Positions 19,309-29,114 of a DNA stretch of 64,000 nt are shown here, in pieces. The DNA is from Candidatus Falkowbacteria bacterium CG10_big_fil_rev_8_21_14_0_10_39_11 (GTDB lineage: Bacteria; Patescibacteriota; Patescibacteriia; UBA11705), in NCBI GenBank assembly GCA_002773615.1, contig PFAP01000011.1, forward strand, positions 8,307 through 72,306. Direction: 5' to 3'. The notes beneath the pieces are model-generated. The model was not told the origin of the DNA, ran no database searches, and saw nothing but the letters and a program-made list of their open reading frames with translations. A program made the position numbers and the translations under genes. The first letter of the stretch is position 1. Each line of letters starts with the position of its first letter.

Positions 19309-20247
19309 TTATTCCTGGCCAGTGAATACAAAGCTTTGCACCAAAAGCTCAAACAAATGCGGGTAGCTGGCTTTTTCTTTCAATCCGATATCATAATCAA
19401 TCACATAAATATATTCACCCCGAGCAAAATACACGGTAAATTCATCTGGACTTCGTACTCCTTTCATATTGTTGTGATTCTCAAATTCGACTATATTTGC
19501 CTCCGCTTCATCAATTTGAACACTATACCATTCAGCCAACGTCAATTGAGCAGTATTTTCTAATACCAAAACACTTACATTTTCATTCATGGGAGAAGAA
19601 AAGACAATTTCAGAATTTTTCGGATCCACGGATCGAGCAAACCACCCCTTTGGATAAAATAAATCATAATCAAAAGTTGGATTGACATAAGTCGAGACCA
19701 GCCCGGAAAACTCCAATCTCGCCGGATCACTACCGATTGGATTATACAAATTCTCCAATTCCACACCATCAAGATAACTATCTTGATCACTATCGGGTCT
19801 CTGATAATCAGTTTCTAATAAAAATTCTTCCGCATCCGTTAACCCATCATCATCCACATCAACATCAAACATTTCACTCAATTTTATTGGTTCAATTTTT
19901 GCCGGATCAAATTCCTGAGATGGCACGACGACCGGTTCAGGCTCTGGTTCAGGCTCAACCACAACCGGTTCCGGTTCCACTACTTTCACTATCACCTCTG
20001 GTTCAGGCGCTGGTTTAAAATAAGTCAAATATCCGATATACGACAACAAACTAACCGTTATAAATAAGGCAAAAATAACCACCATCGGCAAAGCTCGACT
20101 TTTTTTTCTTACTATTTTTGTTTTTGTTATTATCTTTTCTCGAACCACCTCTCGTGGTTGATCCGGTCGGACACCGTGATACTCTTCCGGCATAACAAAA
20201 ACCTTATCATAATCAGCCGTCACTTTGTTGTCTTTATCCTCTGCCAT
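19309..20247 (-). CDS. Membrane-anchored TSP3-repeat plus PsbP-like domain protein
   Basis: TM, PE-rich linker, DVDDDGLTDAEE, DSDQDSYLDG, C-terminal PsbP-like pattern. Confidence 0.7.
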   Translation of the reverse strand: MAEDKDNKVTADYDKVFVMPEEYHGVRPDQPREVVREKIITKTKIVRKKSRALPMVVIFALFITVSLLSYIGYLTYFKPAPEPEVIVKVVEPEPVVVEPEPEPEPVVVPSQEFDPAKIEPIKLSEMFDVDVDDDGLTDAEEFLLETDYQRPDSDQDSYLDGVELENLYNPIGSDPARLEFSGLVSTYVNPTFDYDLFYPKGWFARSVDPKNSEIVFSSPMNENVSVLVLENTAQLTLAEWYSVQIDEAEANIVEFENHNNMKGVRSPDEFTVYFARGEYIYVIDYDIGLKEKASYPHLFELLVQSFVFTGQE

Positions 20248-20306
20248 ATTGACTTAAAACTTATTTCTTTTACTTGGAACTATTGCAATCATCTACTTTA
20301 TTTCCC

Positions 20307-21002
20307 TTATAAATTCAATAACTTACCAGGGCCATTGGGATCATAACCATTTTTAACTTCATCACCATCGAGATATGTATCATTATCAGAATCACGATTC
20401 AATGGATCTGTATTATACACGCGCACCTCTTGAAAATCATCCAACCCATCTGAATCAGTGTCTGCTTTCAATGGATTTGTATTATACACAGCTTCTTCTC
20501 CATCCATCAAACCATCACCATCACTATCAATACTTTGATCTCCCAAAAGCTCTTGCGGATTCGATGAAGGTTCTGTAATGCTATTAGAGGGGTTTGATTC
20601 AATATCCTCTTTTTTTAGTAATCCATCCTCGGCACCCTCATTAGACAGCCCAAAGTTATCGATCACTTCCGTTGTATCACCAACAGAAGTATCAACTGAA
20701 TTAAAGCTATCACTATTATCCATAACCACTGGCCTCGCGTCTCGTCCAGTATACCAAAGTATTCCAAATACTACACCAACAATTACCACAATCGCCACCA
20801 CAAACAACAACACAATCTTGAGCACATTACCACCGCTTTTAACAGGCATCATAGCTGGCATAACCGCTGACTGCCCATCAGGCACCGGTTGTGGTTGTGG
20901 ACTTATCGGTTTTTCAGTTGCCATTGGCTTTTTTTGCTCTTCAGGCATTTGAGACTTCATTGATTTACTTTCTCCCTCTTGATATTTTGGATCATCAAAC
21001 AT
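20307..21002 (-). CDS. Membrane-anchored TSP3-repeat protein
   Basis: TM plus three DxDxDG repeats ending GYDPNGPG. Confidence 0.75.
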   Translation of the reverse strand: MFDDPKYQEGESKSMKSQMPEEQKKPMATEKPISPQPQPVPDGQSAVMPAMMPVKSGGNVLKIVLLFVVAIVVIVGVVFGILWYTGRDARPVVMDNSDSFNSVDTSVGDTTEVIDNFGLSNEGAEDGLLKKEDIESNPSNSITEPSSNPQELLGDQSIDSDGDGLMDGEEAVYNTNPLKADTDSDGLDDFQEVRVYNTDPLNRDSDNDTYLDGDEVKNGYDPNGPGKLLNL

Positions 21003-21013
21003 AAGTTTATATA

Positions 21014-24000
21014 TTATTGAATTTCAAAATCCGTACTTGGTTTATTTCTAATTGAATAATAATTAAAGGTCTCAGCCTCTGTCCTATAAGAAATTCTAGA
21101 TCGCTTAAAGTCCCGGTTAAGATAATCATACAAATAACTATACAAATCAATCGGTGAAGATGTTGGAATCTGTATATCAACAATCAGACTATCAGAATTA
21201 TAACACGTATTTGGATCACTACCTCTAGCACAAACTGAACACAATTGATTGCCATTATCTTCAAAACATTGATGAGCTGGGATCAAACACTTCTTACCAT
21301 TATCTCCACAGGCCTCTCCGGTGAATGAGCTATTGGAACTTGGTTCATAACGAGCAATCTTATTGATCGGATCAACCGGTAATCTTGTCCCCAAATCATT
21401 GGCTAGGGTTGACTGCCAACTGGGCCAGGTAGAAGATGCAACATTCCGAATATACGAACCACTTTCAACGGTCGGTAAAGTCGTGTAACGATCATAGTAC
21501 GCCTGTAAAGATCTCTTTATATCCGTAATATCATTTATTCTCTGAATATCCCTTCTGATTGCAAATTGTACATCAGAATCTGTCACATTAATATTAAACA
21601 TCATCGAATCAATCATCTGAGCAAACATATCAATCGTACGACTATTGGCACCCAAATTATAGCCCAAAACAAAGATATAATTCCGCATCTCGCCACCAGT
21701 CAAATTACCAGCCGAGATATATACCGTATTTCCATCCTTAATCCCCTTATAACATACTTCTTGCCCAAATTTTGTATCAAGGCCACAATACACATTCAAA
21801 TCAGAACTGGATTGTCCAGCTTGAGGCACCTGATTTTTATACCATTCACGAACAGACAAATTATCAGGATTATCATAAATTCGCAGTGAAATCACATCAT
21901 CAACAAAGTCATTTGTATTCACCTCATTCACAATATCATCTGATCTGATCATCAAATATTGTTTTTGTAATGTGTCAACATCAGCTCCCAACTGTGACTC
22001 TACTACCCGAAGTAGTGGTAAATCATCCATTTTATTATTTACTTGTCCATTATCACGACAATATCGCAAATGAATATTTCGACCATCATTTCCATCATCC
22101 CACCCAATACTGGCACTATCCGCTGGCACTCTCCAGGGATTTTCACAAACATATGCACTGACTTGGCCTGATCCGACTAAAGTCGCTCCAATTTCACCAA
22201 AATAATCATCATCTATAATTGCTGCTTCAGCTGAAATTTCCGTATTTCCATTTTTATTATTAGCCATAGCCGCATCCCAAGAACCTGGAAGCTCTGTAAT
22301 ATCAACAATATCCCTATCTCCACTTTCCCAACTTGACCAATCCCAATCATACCGGCCAGCAAAAGGCTGAATTATTGTATTGCCCGACTTGGCCAGATGT
22401 GCAACTTCCCAAACCTCATCCCGCTCAGAAACTTGTTTCATCGCTGGAGAAATACCAACAGAATCAAAATGGCAATAATCTGATCCAACATTAAACCTGA
22501 AATTTTGATCTGGAATCAACAATTGACAATTATTTTCAATATTTTTAAGTCGGATCTCATAATGAGCAACCTTAAGAACGTCATTGGTTGTTATTTCAAT
22601 TTGACTAACATTTCTACCTCCCACATCCAGTACTCTTGATGTAATACTATAATTATCTGACTCTTCGAGACACCATTCAGCCGCCCGAGCGTCACGTCCG
22701 AATAATTTATTTAAATAATTCCAAATTTTCATCCCAACCTGAACTGGAGCACTACCACAACTATCAGCCTGATATCGCAATTCAATCAATTGATTCAAAT
22801 TTACTCCCGGTTCATGAAGCTGCTCCATCAATAAATCATACTGAACCACGATCACCGCATTCGGACATGTTTGAGATCCATCTTCACTGGTCATATCTAT
22901 CAAAGAAGGACTAATCAACTCTGCTCTTGCCGGATTGTTCGGATCACAAGATGGTGGTGGCGGTCCACCCAAACCAGAATAAACGTATGTAAGCAAACTA
23001 TCTTCAGACAAACTCTCTCCCACATCACCACTTTCTTCTAAATATGAAACCGTATTTTCCAACGTACCACGAATATTGACCGTTTGTCTGGTCGCACCAT
23101 CTGGCAAATAACCCAAAACCGTCACCAATGAATATGGTGCCCCATAAGACTCAAAACCGCCCCCAGACTGATCCAATTCACAAACCGGATCTTCGCCTGG
23201 CTCCACTTGTCCATTGGCACAAAAGGCAGCATTAGCCACGTTTGAGCCTCCATTCAAGCAACCATTGGTACACCAATCCGGAATTCTACAAACACAACTA
23301 TCCGTTCCGAATTCACAGACCTGTCCTTCATTATCAGTACAAACCGCTTCACACTCTTCAGTATAATTATTATAAGTTTCTAATTGTCCATTACCACAAC
23401 AATTTTCCTGATTATCTTCATTACAACCATCAAAATTTTTAAGTACACATTTATTTGAACAAAATTGGTCTTCATATGATTGGCAAACACAATTTTGATC
23501 TCCTGGCTGACAAGAGGCAAAAGAAATATTACCGTCAGAATTACGTTGCAAACTACCGTCCGCCGCTCGCACTGGAACTCGACAATTAACCGCCACCGGT
23601 TCACACTCTTCACCATTTTCGACCTGTCCATTACCACAAATCGATCCTATATATTCCGAACTTCCTTTATATAAACAATTATTATCTAGTCCGAACTGAC
23701 GATTTATTGCCGCTGAACCAAAATCATCATCTTCACCCAACTCCACTTTTCCATTACCACATTCAAAACCGGCTGAATTTGATCCTTCATTCAAACATTG
23801 TTTACTGCAACCATCTTGATTATTTCCATTACCATCATCACAATCTTCGCCCGGATCGACAATCTTATTACCACAACAAGCAATTTCATTGCCGGCAAAG
23901 CAAATCTCTGTCCCCGCTCTGAGACATTGATCAGTACACGCCGCGCCACCATCACACTCTTCACCAGATTCAACAACATTATTGCCACAAACGGCCTGAT

Positions 24001-27000
24001 AACGAACAGAACCTTCACTTAGACAATTAGACGTACAAGAAACGGCTCGCTGTGGAGAGTATAATGTCTTTAACATTGCAATCAATTTATTATCTCGCTC
24101 CGCCCTAGCGTCAACCCCGACAAAATTTTGCGAATTCACATCCGTATAATATTGTACTTCACCCGTTGTCTCTTCCCAATCCCAATCATACTGTCTGGCA
24201 CTGAGGCGTTGACCTCCAGAACTACAAAGATCCGGTTCAGAATACGGCACAGCACTATAAAGTATCTGCTCACCAGCTACCGTCGACAAATATTCTCCCG
24301 GACTAACCGTCACTCGATCAGGCCGACAAAAACCTCCATCTTCTCGAGTTTTGAAGACAAAACTAAACGAATCAAAGGTCGATGCGCTGTTAACATTTCG
24401 ATCAGTCAAAACACAACTTTGACAATTATCCGGGAAAGTACAGCTACAACCATCATCTCCATATTCACAACTCTGACGCTCTACCAAACTGCAAACATCT
24501 TTACAAACCAAATCCTTTTCGCTTGGACATTCAGCGCCTGTCGAAGCCAAAGGCACACAGGTACAAGCCGGAGCACTTTCCTTGCATTGAGTTTCTGTTC
24601 CAGCACAATAAGTCAATTTAATACACTCTCCTTTATCTGGATCCGCATCAAAACAGGTTACATCTGGAACAAATTGAAACTTACCAGATTCTCGACACGT
24701 ACAATCAGGTCCACTTTCTGTACAAGATTTTTGAGGGTCTTCTTCACAGGATCTTTGTGGTTGACAATCACAGCCAGCGTTATTATCTGTACAATATTCA
24801 GTAGTATTTTCTTGACAAACTTTTGGTTCAACACAAGTACAATCCAGAGAGTCAGCCGTACATTTTTGAGTTACATCTTCCAAGCAATATGAAGCACACT
24901 GCGGAGAATCACACTCTCTCGGTTCTCCACACTGACATGATGAAGACAATATATTTGGTTTATTTTTATTATCATTAAAATAATCATTACACACTTCGAG
25001 TGCAGAAACCCCTACACTACCAACGAAATCCACCTTCCCGGCTTTTGAACAACTTTCAACCTCACATTGCTCTTGCAATTGAGCCGACCCTAAATAAGTA
25101 TCCAAATTACCATCACCACAACAACCGGTAACGCCATCTTTACAAGCTGTAAAACCAACCAATCGACAATCATTGGAACAAAATTTGTTATTAGCCAGAG
25201 AACAGACACAATTATCCTCGCCTGAAATACATGTTTCGTTTGTTTTTTCATTCAAACATATCGCTTCGCATTGCTCTCCAGCATCAGATTCAATCACACC
25301 ATTACCACAAGTCCCAATTTGTGATCGAGTATTAAAATTCAAGCTGGTCAATTCTTTTGCACTGACATTTGTTACATCACCACGAATAACCAATCGATAA
25401 TATTTGGCCGGATCCAACACAGGATTAGGGTAAATACGCAATCGATTACAGACTTCACCATAATCAGCCACCATAGATACACCGGTTGTTGAGTCACAAT
25501 CGATTTCTCCGGGCTGGAAGTTTGCCAACTTATTTTCTTTCCCCGCAATCGACAAGCAATCACGACTTTCACACTCATACAAGCCAACAGATCCTGGATT
25601 ATTCTTCAAATAATCAGCGGGAATATAACTATTAAACATAGCCCCAAGCTCAGCGTTTACACAAGCGCCTTCACAATCCGGCCAATAATCAATTACTTTG
25701 GGGTCTGCCAATGAGATCGACAATCTAGCCTCATCCTGAAATGATTGAGCCCCAACCAAACCAGAAACTTGAATTTCTCCATCATCTCCCGGCGGTGTTT
25801 CAATCACCTCAGCATCTGGATTAACAACAAAATAGGCTGTATCTTTTCTAGATCCAGACACAAACAATCGATTGATTCTATCACCATATCGAGCCACCAG
25901 CCAATTCCAATTTTCATCAGAAACATCTATAATTCCACAATTATTCGCCTGACCGGAGACCATATATTTTTCTTGATCAACCACACTATTCAAGACACCT
26001 TCACTTGGATTCACCACCACAGAATCAATTGTACAGTCTGTGGCCGCTGTTTTAAAATTCCAAACATAATCATTTAATAATTCTTGAACATCATCGCCAG
26101 GGTCAGGCGCATTTCGGACACCAGCTTTCACAATCACCCGATACCAGGTATTCGGTACCAGATCATAATTAAGTAAATTGACTTGAGTCACTACATTATT
26201 ATCATAAGTTGAAGTTAAAACTTCATTCAATAAAATCCGACCGCTTGCATCACGTCCAGTAGCCACAAAATTATAATCTGTAGTCAAACAGTTACTACTA
26301 TCACAAAGCTGCAAATTACATTCACTTCCAGACTCACTACAACGTCTGATTTCCACTCGATCACCATCAATAAACGACTCTGAATCCATTTCCATATTAA
26401 AAGTAAAGCTGGCCAACCCGTTTGGACAAGCCGTCTGAGTATTGTTACGTGGAGATGGTGATTCATCAAAACCGCCAAGACTACATTCTCGATTAATCAC
26501 TTTAGGAATTTTAGGAATATTACCAGTACTAAAATACCAACCGTACTCACACGTAGTTGCTTGAGCTTCACACAGTTCAGCCGCGCTACAATAAGAATTT
26601 TGACAACAAACCTCACCCGAGCCACAACTATCAACCGTACATCGGCCGACATTAAATTGAACCGGATTACTATCGATACCACCTTGTTCAATCACCAACT
26701 CGCCACTTCTAGCATCCGGCGGAACAGATACCCCAGAAATTTGCGTACTGGTCCATTCAGCAGATTGTAAATTAAATCCCTCAACTATTGATGGCACACC
26801 AGGCGCAGCCGAAGCAAATTTGACCTTACCGGGTGTATTGCCAAATCCAACACCCTGAATAGTAATACTCGTCCCCGGAGGTCCATTGTCTGGAGTTATT
26901 GAACAAATACCAGGAGTCAATGCAAGATTATTATCAACTGAATAGGGTACCGAAACACTACCCTCGCTGTTTGCAATTTCTAAATCATAAGACCCTGTAA

Positions 27001-29080
27001 CCAAATCTGGAATGGTTACTTGAATACTGGTATTTGACCAATTATTAGCACAAGAAGTTAAAGCCGGAGTCCGAACGTTATCTCGAATAAATGTCACCGT
27101 ACCACTAGCACCAAAATTACTACCCTTAATCGTAATAATTTGTCCCTTAGGCGCAGTTTGCGGCAAAACTGACTGAATCACAATCGAACTATCACTTTCC
27201 CCGACCACAAAATTCACTGGATTGCTATAAAAATCATCCCGACCAACTTGAACGGTTTTGTTTCCTGACGATATAAACGGCACTTGAACTTCACGTATCA
27301 CATCATCTGACCATATTCCAGTCAGCAATGCATCACCATTAAAGTAAATACTACCATCTGCTCCAAAATGTCTTCCAGTCAAAAGAAGACGATCTCCGGG
27401 AGCTCCATTATTTTCTCGAGTTTCTTCATTCACCACCGAACACAAAGCGATTCTATTATTTCCACTTTCAGTAATCACCAAATCATTCTTCCAACCGGGT
27501 GCATTTGGATCAGCCGTATTGTGCCAATTACCTCTATTATTAAAAATTTGTATTGGACCAGTAGCAACATTTGGTACAGACACCACCACCTGTCGATCAC
27601 TCCAACTATCACGACCACAAACCGGAGCCGCTTCAACCCCATTGATTAAAACTTTTGCTTCTTGAGCAAAAACCCCAAAGTTTTTTCCATAAATAGTGAT
27701 AAAACCACTCGTCGGTGATTCAGCCGGCACTACATTGGTAATCAAAGGATATGGCCACAACGAACAGACAGACGAACACTGCTCAACTCCATCAACCGTT
27801 GAACAGTTACTCGGAGTACAAGTATAAGTACAATCATCCCCCGTACATTCAGAACAATTATCAACCTCACACTCAGGCAAAGAACAATCAAACTCACCAC
27901 CATCATTAAAACAACTATTGGAAGCCACCAAATATCGTCCAGCTGCGGTTGATTCATTATTACTAACATCACTCACCTTCACGGTTCCAGTGTGCCAACC
28001 CAAATCAAAACCGATAGTGGATGCATTCAAAACTGAACTATATGATAATGGATTTTCATCTTCAAAAACCACCTGCTGACACAAAACCCCTTGTCCGGTT
28101 TGAGCTGTCGGACAAAGTTGCAAGCTAGCCAAACCACTGGCGTCGGCCGCTGTTATCGGAAAATCCTCTTGGGCTCCAACTCGAACTTGCTGTGGGCTGG
28201 GAATAACCGATACTGTTGGCGCCAACAAATCACAACTATTTGTAGTCGTAAATTCTACTTGTCGACAATAACCCTGCAACCTATTTGGACATGCCACCAC
28301 ACTACCATTTTGATCTTGTAATTCTAATACTTTAATTCGATATGTTTTTTCTCCCTGAAAACAACTTGTCGCTTCACATCCAACTGGACATTCACCATTT
28401 GAAACAAAAGTCACCTTTCTATCACTTAAATCATAAGAACCCACCACCTCAACTTCTGACTCTACGTCACCGTCTTTTACAACCTCATACACTTTAATGT
28501 TATCTTTGGCATTTTGATATTCATTAGTCGGTAATGGCGTTCGACCATTCGGGAACGTAACCTGGACCACTGCATTAACCGGAGTATTAGCTCCACGAGG
28601 AGCAATACCAACGGAAAACCCTGTCACACCACCACCGCCACCGCCACCATCACCACCACCACCACCGCCACCCTCGGTGGTTGAAACCACTCCAGTCGCT
28701 TCACTAAGTCGATTAATTACATAACTGGTAATAGAAAATGCTGACATAATAATCACCATGCCAATAATACCATTGATAATCCATTTTTTAGCCTTCTCAA
28801 CTGACGTTTCAGCTCCACCACTAGTCATGTACAAAAATCCACCGTACAACACAATAGCCAAAGAAACCACTCCTAAAAATCCCAAAAATATTCTCAAAAT
28901 TCTACCGATAATTATTCTCGGATCCTCATTACCCAAAACGGTCGCCGACCCAACAGCCTCAAGCCCCACCCCAACATCATTTGACTGTTGAGCATGCAAT
29001 AATTCTGGAAGGACAAAAAGACCACCCATCACAATGAAGAGCACAATCAACACTCCAATTATTTTATTTTTATGTTTCAT
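21014..29080 (-). CDS. Giant surface protein: VirB2/TrbC-like pilin N-terminus, Ig-like/IPT-TIG domains, Cys-rich repeats, PsbP-like and pilin-head-like C-terminus
   Basis: 2688-aa ORF; YGGFLYMTSGG...KAKKWIINGIIG; repeated ITIxGxNFG; repeated CGNGxVExGEECD; RDIQRINDI...LPVDP. Confidence 0.85.
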   Translation of the reverse strand: MKHKNKIIGVLIVLFIVMGGLFVLPELLHAQQSNDVGVGLEAVGSATVLGNEDPRIIIGRILRIFLGFLGVVSLAIVLYGGFLYMTSGGAETSVEKAKKWIINGIIGMVIIMSAFSITSYVINRLSEATGVVSTTEGGGGGGGDGGGGGGGVTGFSVGIAPRGANTPVNAVVQVTFPNGRTPLPTNEYQNAKDNIKVYEVVKDGDVESEVEVVGSYDLSDRKVTFVSNGECPVGCEATSCFQGEKTYRIKVLELQDQNGSVVACPNRLQGYCRQVEFTTTNSCDLLAPTVSVIPSPQQVRVGAQEDFPITAADASGLASLQLCPTAQTGQGVLCQQVVFEDENPLSYSSVLNASTIGFDLGWHTGTVKVSDVSNNESTAAGRYLVASNSCFNDGGEFDCSLPECEVDNCSECTGDDCTYTCTPSNCSTVDGVEQCSSVCSLWPYPLITNVVPAESPTSGFITIYGKNFGVFAQEAKVLINGVEAAPVCGRDSWSDRQVVVSVPNVATGPIQIFNNRGNWHNTADPNAPGWKNDLVITESGNNRIALCSVVNEETRENNGAPGDRLLLTGRHFGADGSIYFNGDALLTGIWSDDVIREVQVPFISSGNKTVQVGRDDFYSNPVNFVVGESDSSIVIQSVLPQTAPKGQIITIKGSNFGASGTVTFIRDNVRTPALTSCANNWSNTSIQVTIPDLVTGSYDLEIANSEGSVSVPYSVDNNLALTPGICSITPDNGPPGTSITIQGVGFGNTPGKVKFASAAPGVPSIVEGFNLQSAEWTSTQISGVSVPPDARSGELVIEQGGIDSNPVQFNVGRCTVDSCGSGEVCCQNSYCSAAELCEAQATTCEYGWYFSTGNIPKIPKVINRECSLGGFDESPSPRNNTQTACPNGLASFTFNMEMDSESFIDGDRVEIRRCSESGSECNLQLCDSSNCLTTDYNFVATGRDASGRILLNEVLTSTYDNNVVTQVNLLNYDLVPNTWYRVIVKAGVRNAPDPGDDVQELLNDYVWNFKTAATDCTIDSVVVNPSEGVLNSVVDQEKYMVSGQANNCGIIDVSDENWNWLVARYGDRINRLFVSGSRKDTAYFVVNPDAEVIETPPGDDGEIQVSGLVGAQSFQDEARLSISLADPKVIDYWPDCEGACVNAELGAMFNSYIPADYLKNNPGSVGLYECESRDCLSIAGKENKLANFQPGEIDCDSTTGVSMVADYGEVCNRLRIYPNPVLDPAKYYRLVIRGDVTNVSAKELTSLNFNTRSQIGTCGNGVIESDAGEQCEAICLNEKTNETCISGEDNCVCSLANNKFCSNDCRLVGFTACKDGVTGCCGDGNLDTYLGSAQLQEQCEVESCSKAGKVDFVGSVGVSALEVCNDYFNDNKNKPNILSSSCQCGEPRECDSPQCASYCLEDVTQKCTADSLDCTCVEPKVCQENTTEYCTDNNAGCDCQPQRSCEEDPQKSCTESGPDCTCRESGKFQFVPDVTCFDADPDKGECIKLTYCAGTETQCKESAPACTCVPLASTGAECPSEKDLVCKDVCSLVERQSCEYGDDGCSCTFPDNCQSCVLTDRNVNSASTFDSFSFVFKTREDGGFCRPDRVTVSPGEYLSTVAGEQILYSAVPYSEPDLCSSGGQRLSARQYDWDWEETTGEVQYYTDVNSQNFVGVDARAERDNKLIAMLKTLYSPQRAVSCTSNCLSEGSVRYQAVCGNNVVESGEECDGGAACTDQCLRAGTEICFAGNEIACCGNKIVDPGEDCDDGNGNNQDGCSKQCLNEGSNSAGFECGNGKVELGEDDDFGSAAINRQFGLDNNCLYKGSSEYIGSICGNGQVENGEECEPVAVNCRVPVRAADGSLQRNSDGNISFASCQPGDQNCVCQSYEDQFCSNKCVLKNFDGCNEDNQENCCGNGQLETYNNYTEECEAVCTDNEGQVCEFGTDSCVCRIPDWCTNGCLNGGSNVANAAFCANGQVEPGEDPVCELDQSGGGFESYGAPYSLVTVLGYLPDGATRQTVNIRGTLENTVSYLEESGDVGESLSEDSLLTYVYSGLGGPPPPSCDPNNPARAELISPSLIDMTSEDGSQTCPNAVIVVQYDLLMEQLHEPGVNLNQLIELRYQADSCGSAPVQVGMKIWNYLNKLFGRDARAAEWCLEESDNYSITSRVLDVGGRNVSQIEITTNDVLKVAHYEIRLKNIENNCQLLIPDQNFRFNVGSDYCHFDSVGISPAMKQVSERDEVWEVAHLAKSGNTIIQPFAGRYDWDWSSWESGDRDIVDITELPGSWDAAMANNKNGNTEISAEAAIIDDDYFGEIGATLVGSGQVSAYVCENPWRVPADSASIGWDDGNDGRNIHLRYCRDNGQVNNKMDDLPLLRVVESQLGADVDTLQKQYLMIRSDDIVNEVNTNDFVDDVISLRIYDNPDNLSVREWYKNQVPQAGQSSSDLNVYCGLDTKFGQEVCYKGIKDGNTVYISAGNLTGGEMRNYIFVLGYNLGANSRTIDMFAQMIDSMMFNINVTDSDVQFAIRRDIQRINDITDIKRSLQAYYDRYTTLPTVESGSYIRNVASSTWPSWQSTLANDLGTRLPVDPINKIARYEPSSNSSFTGEACGDNGKKCLIPAHQCFEDNGNQLCSVCARGSDPNTCYNSDSLIVDIQIPTSSPIDLYSYLYDYLNRDFKRSRISYRTEAETFNYYSIRNKPSTDFEIQ

Positions 29081-29114
29081 TTTTATATTTTAACTCAACT
29101 CTTGAGACTATAAT

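Noticed and set aside
24128-24892. 254-aa + strand ORF and the many other short antisense or alternate-frame ORFs in the track
   Set aside because: They lie inside well-supported genes and have no motifs or start signals; treated as shadow ORFs
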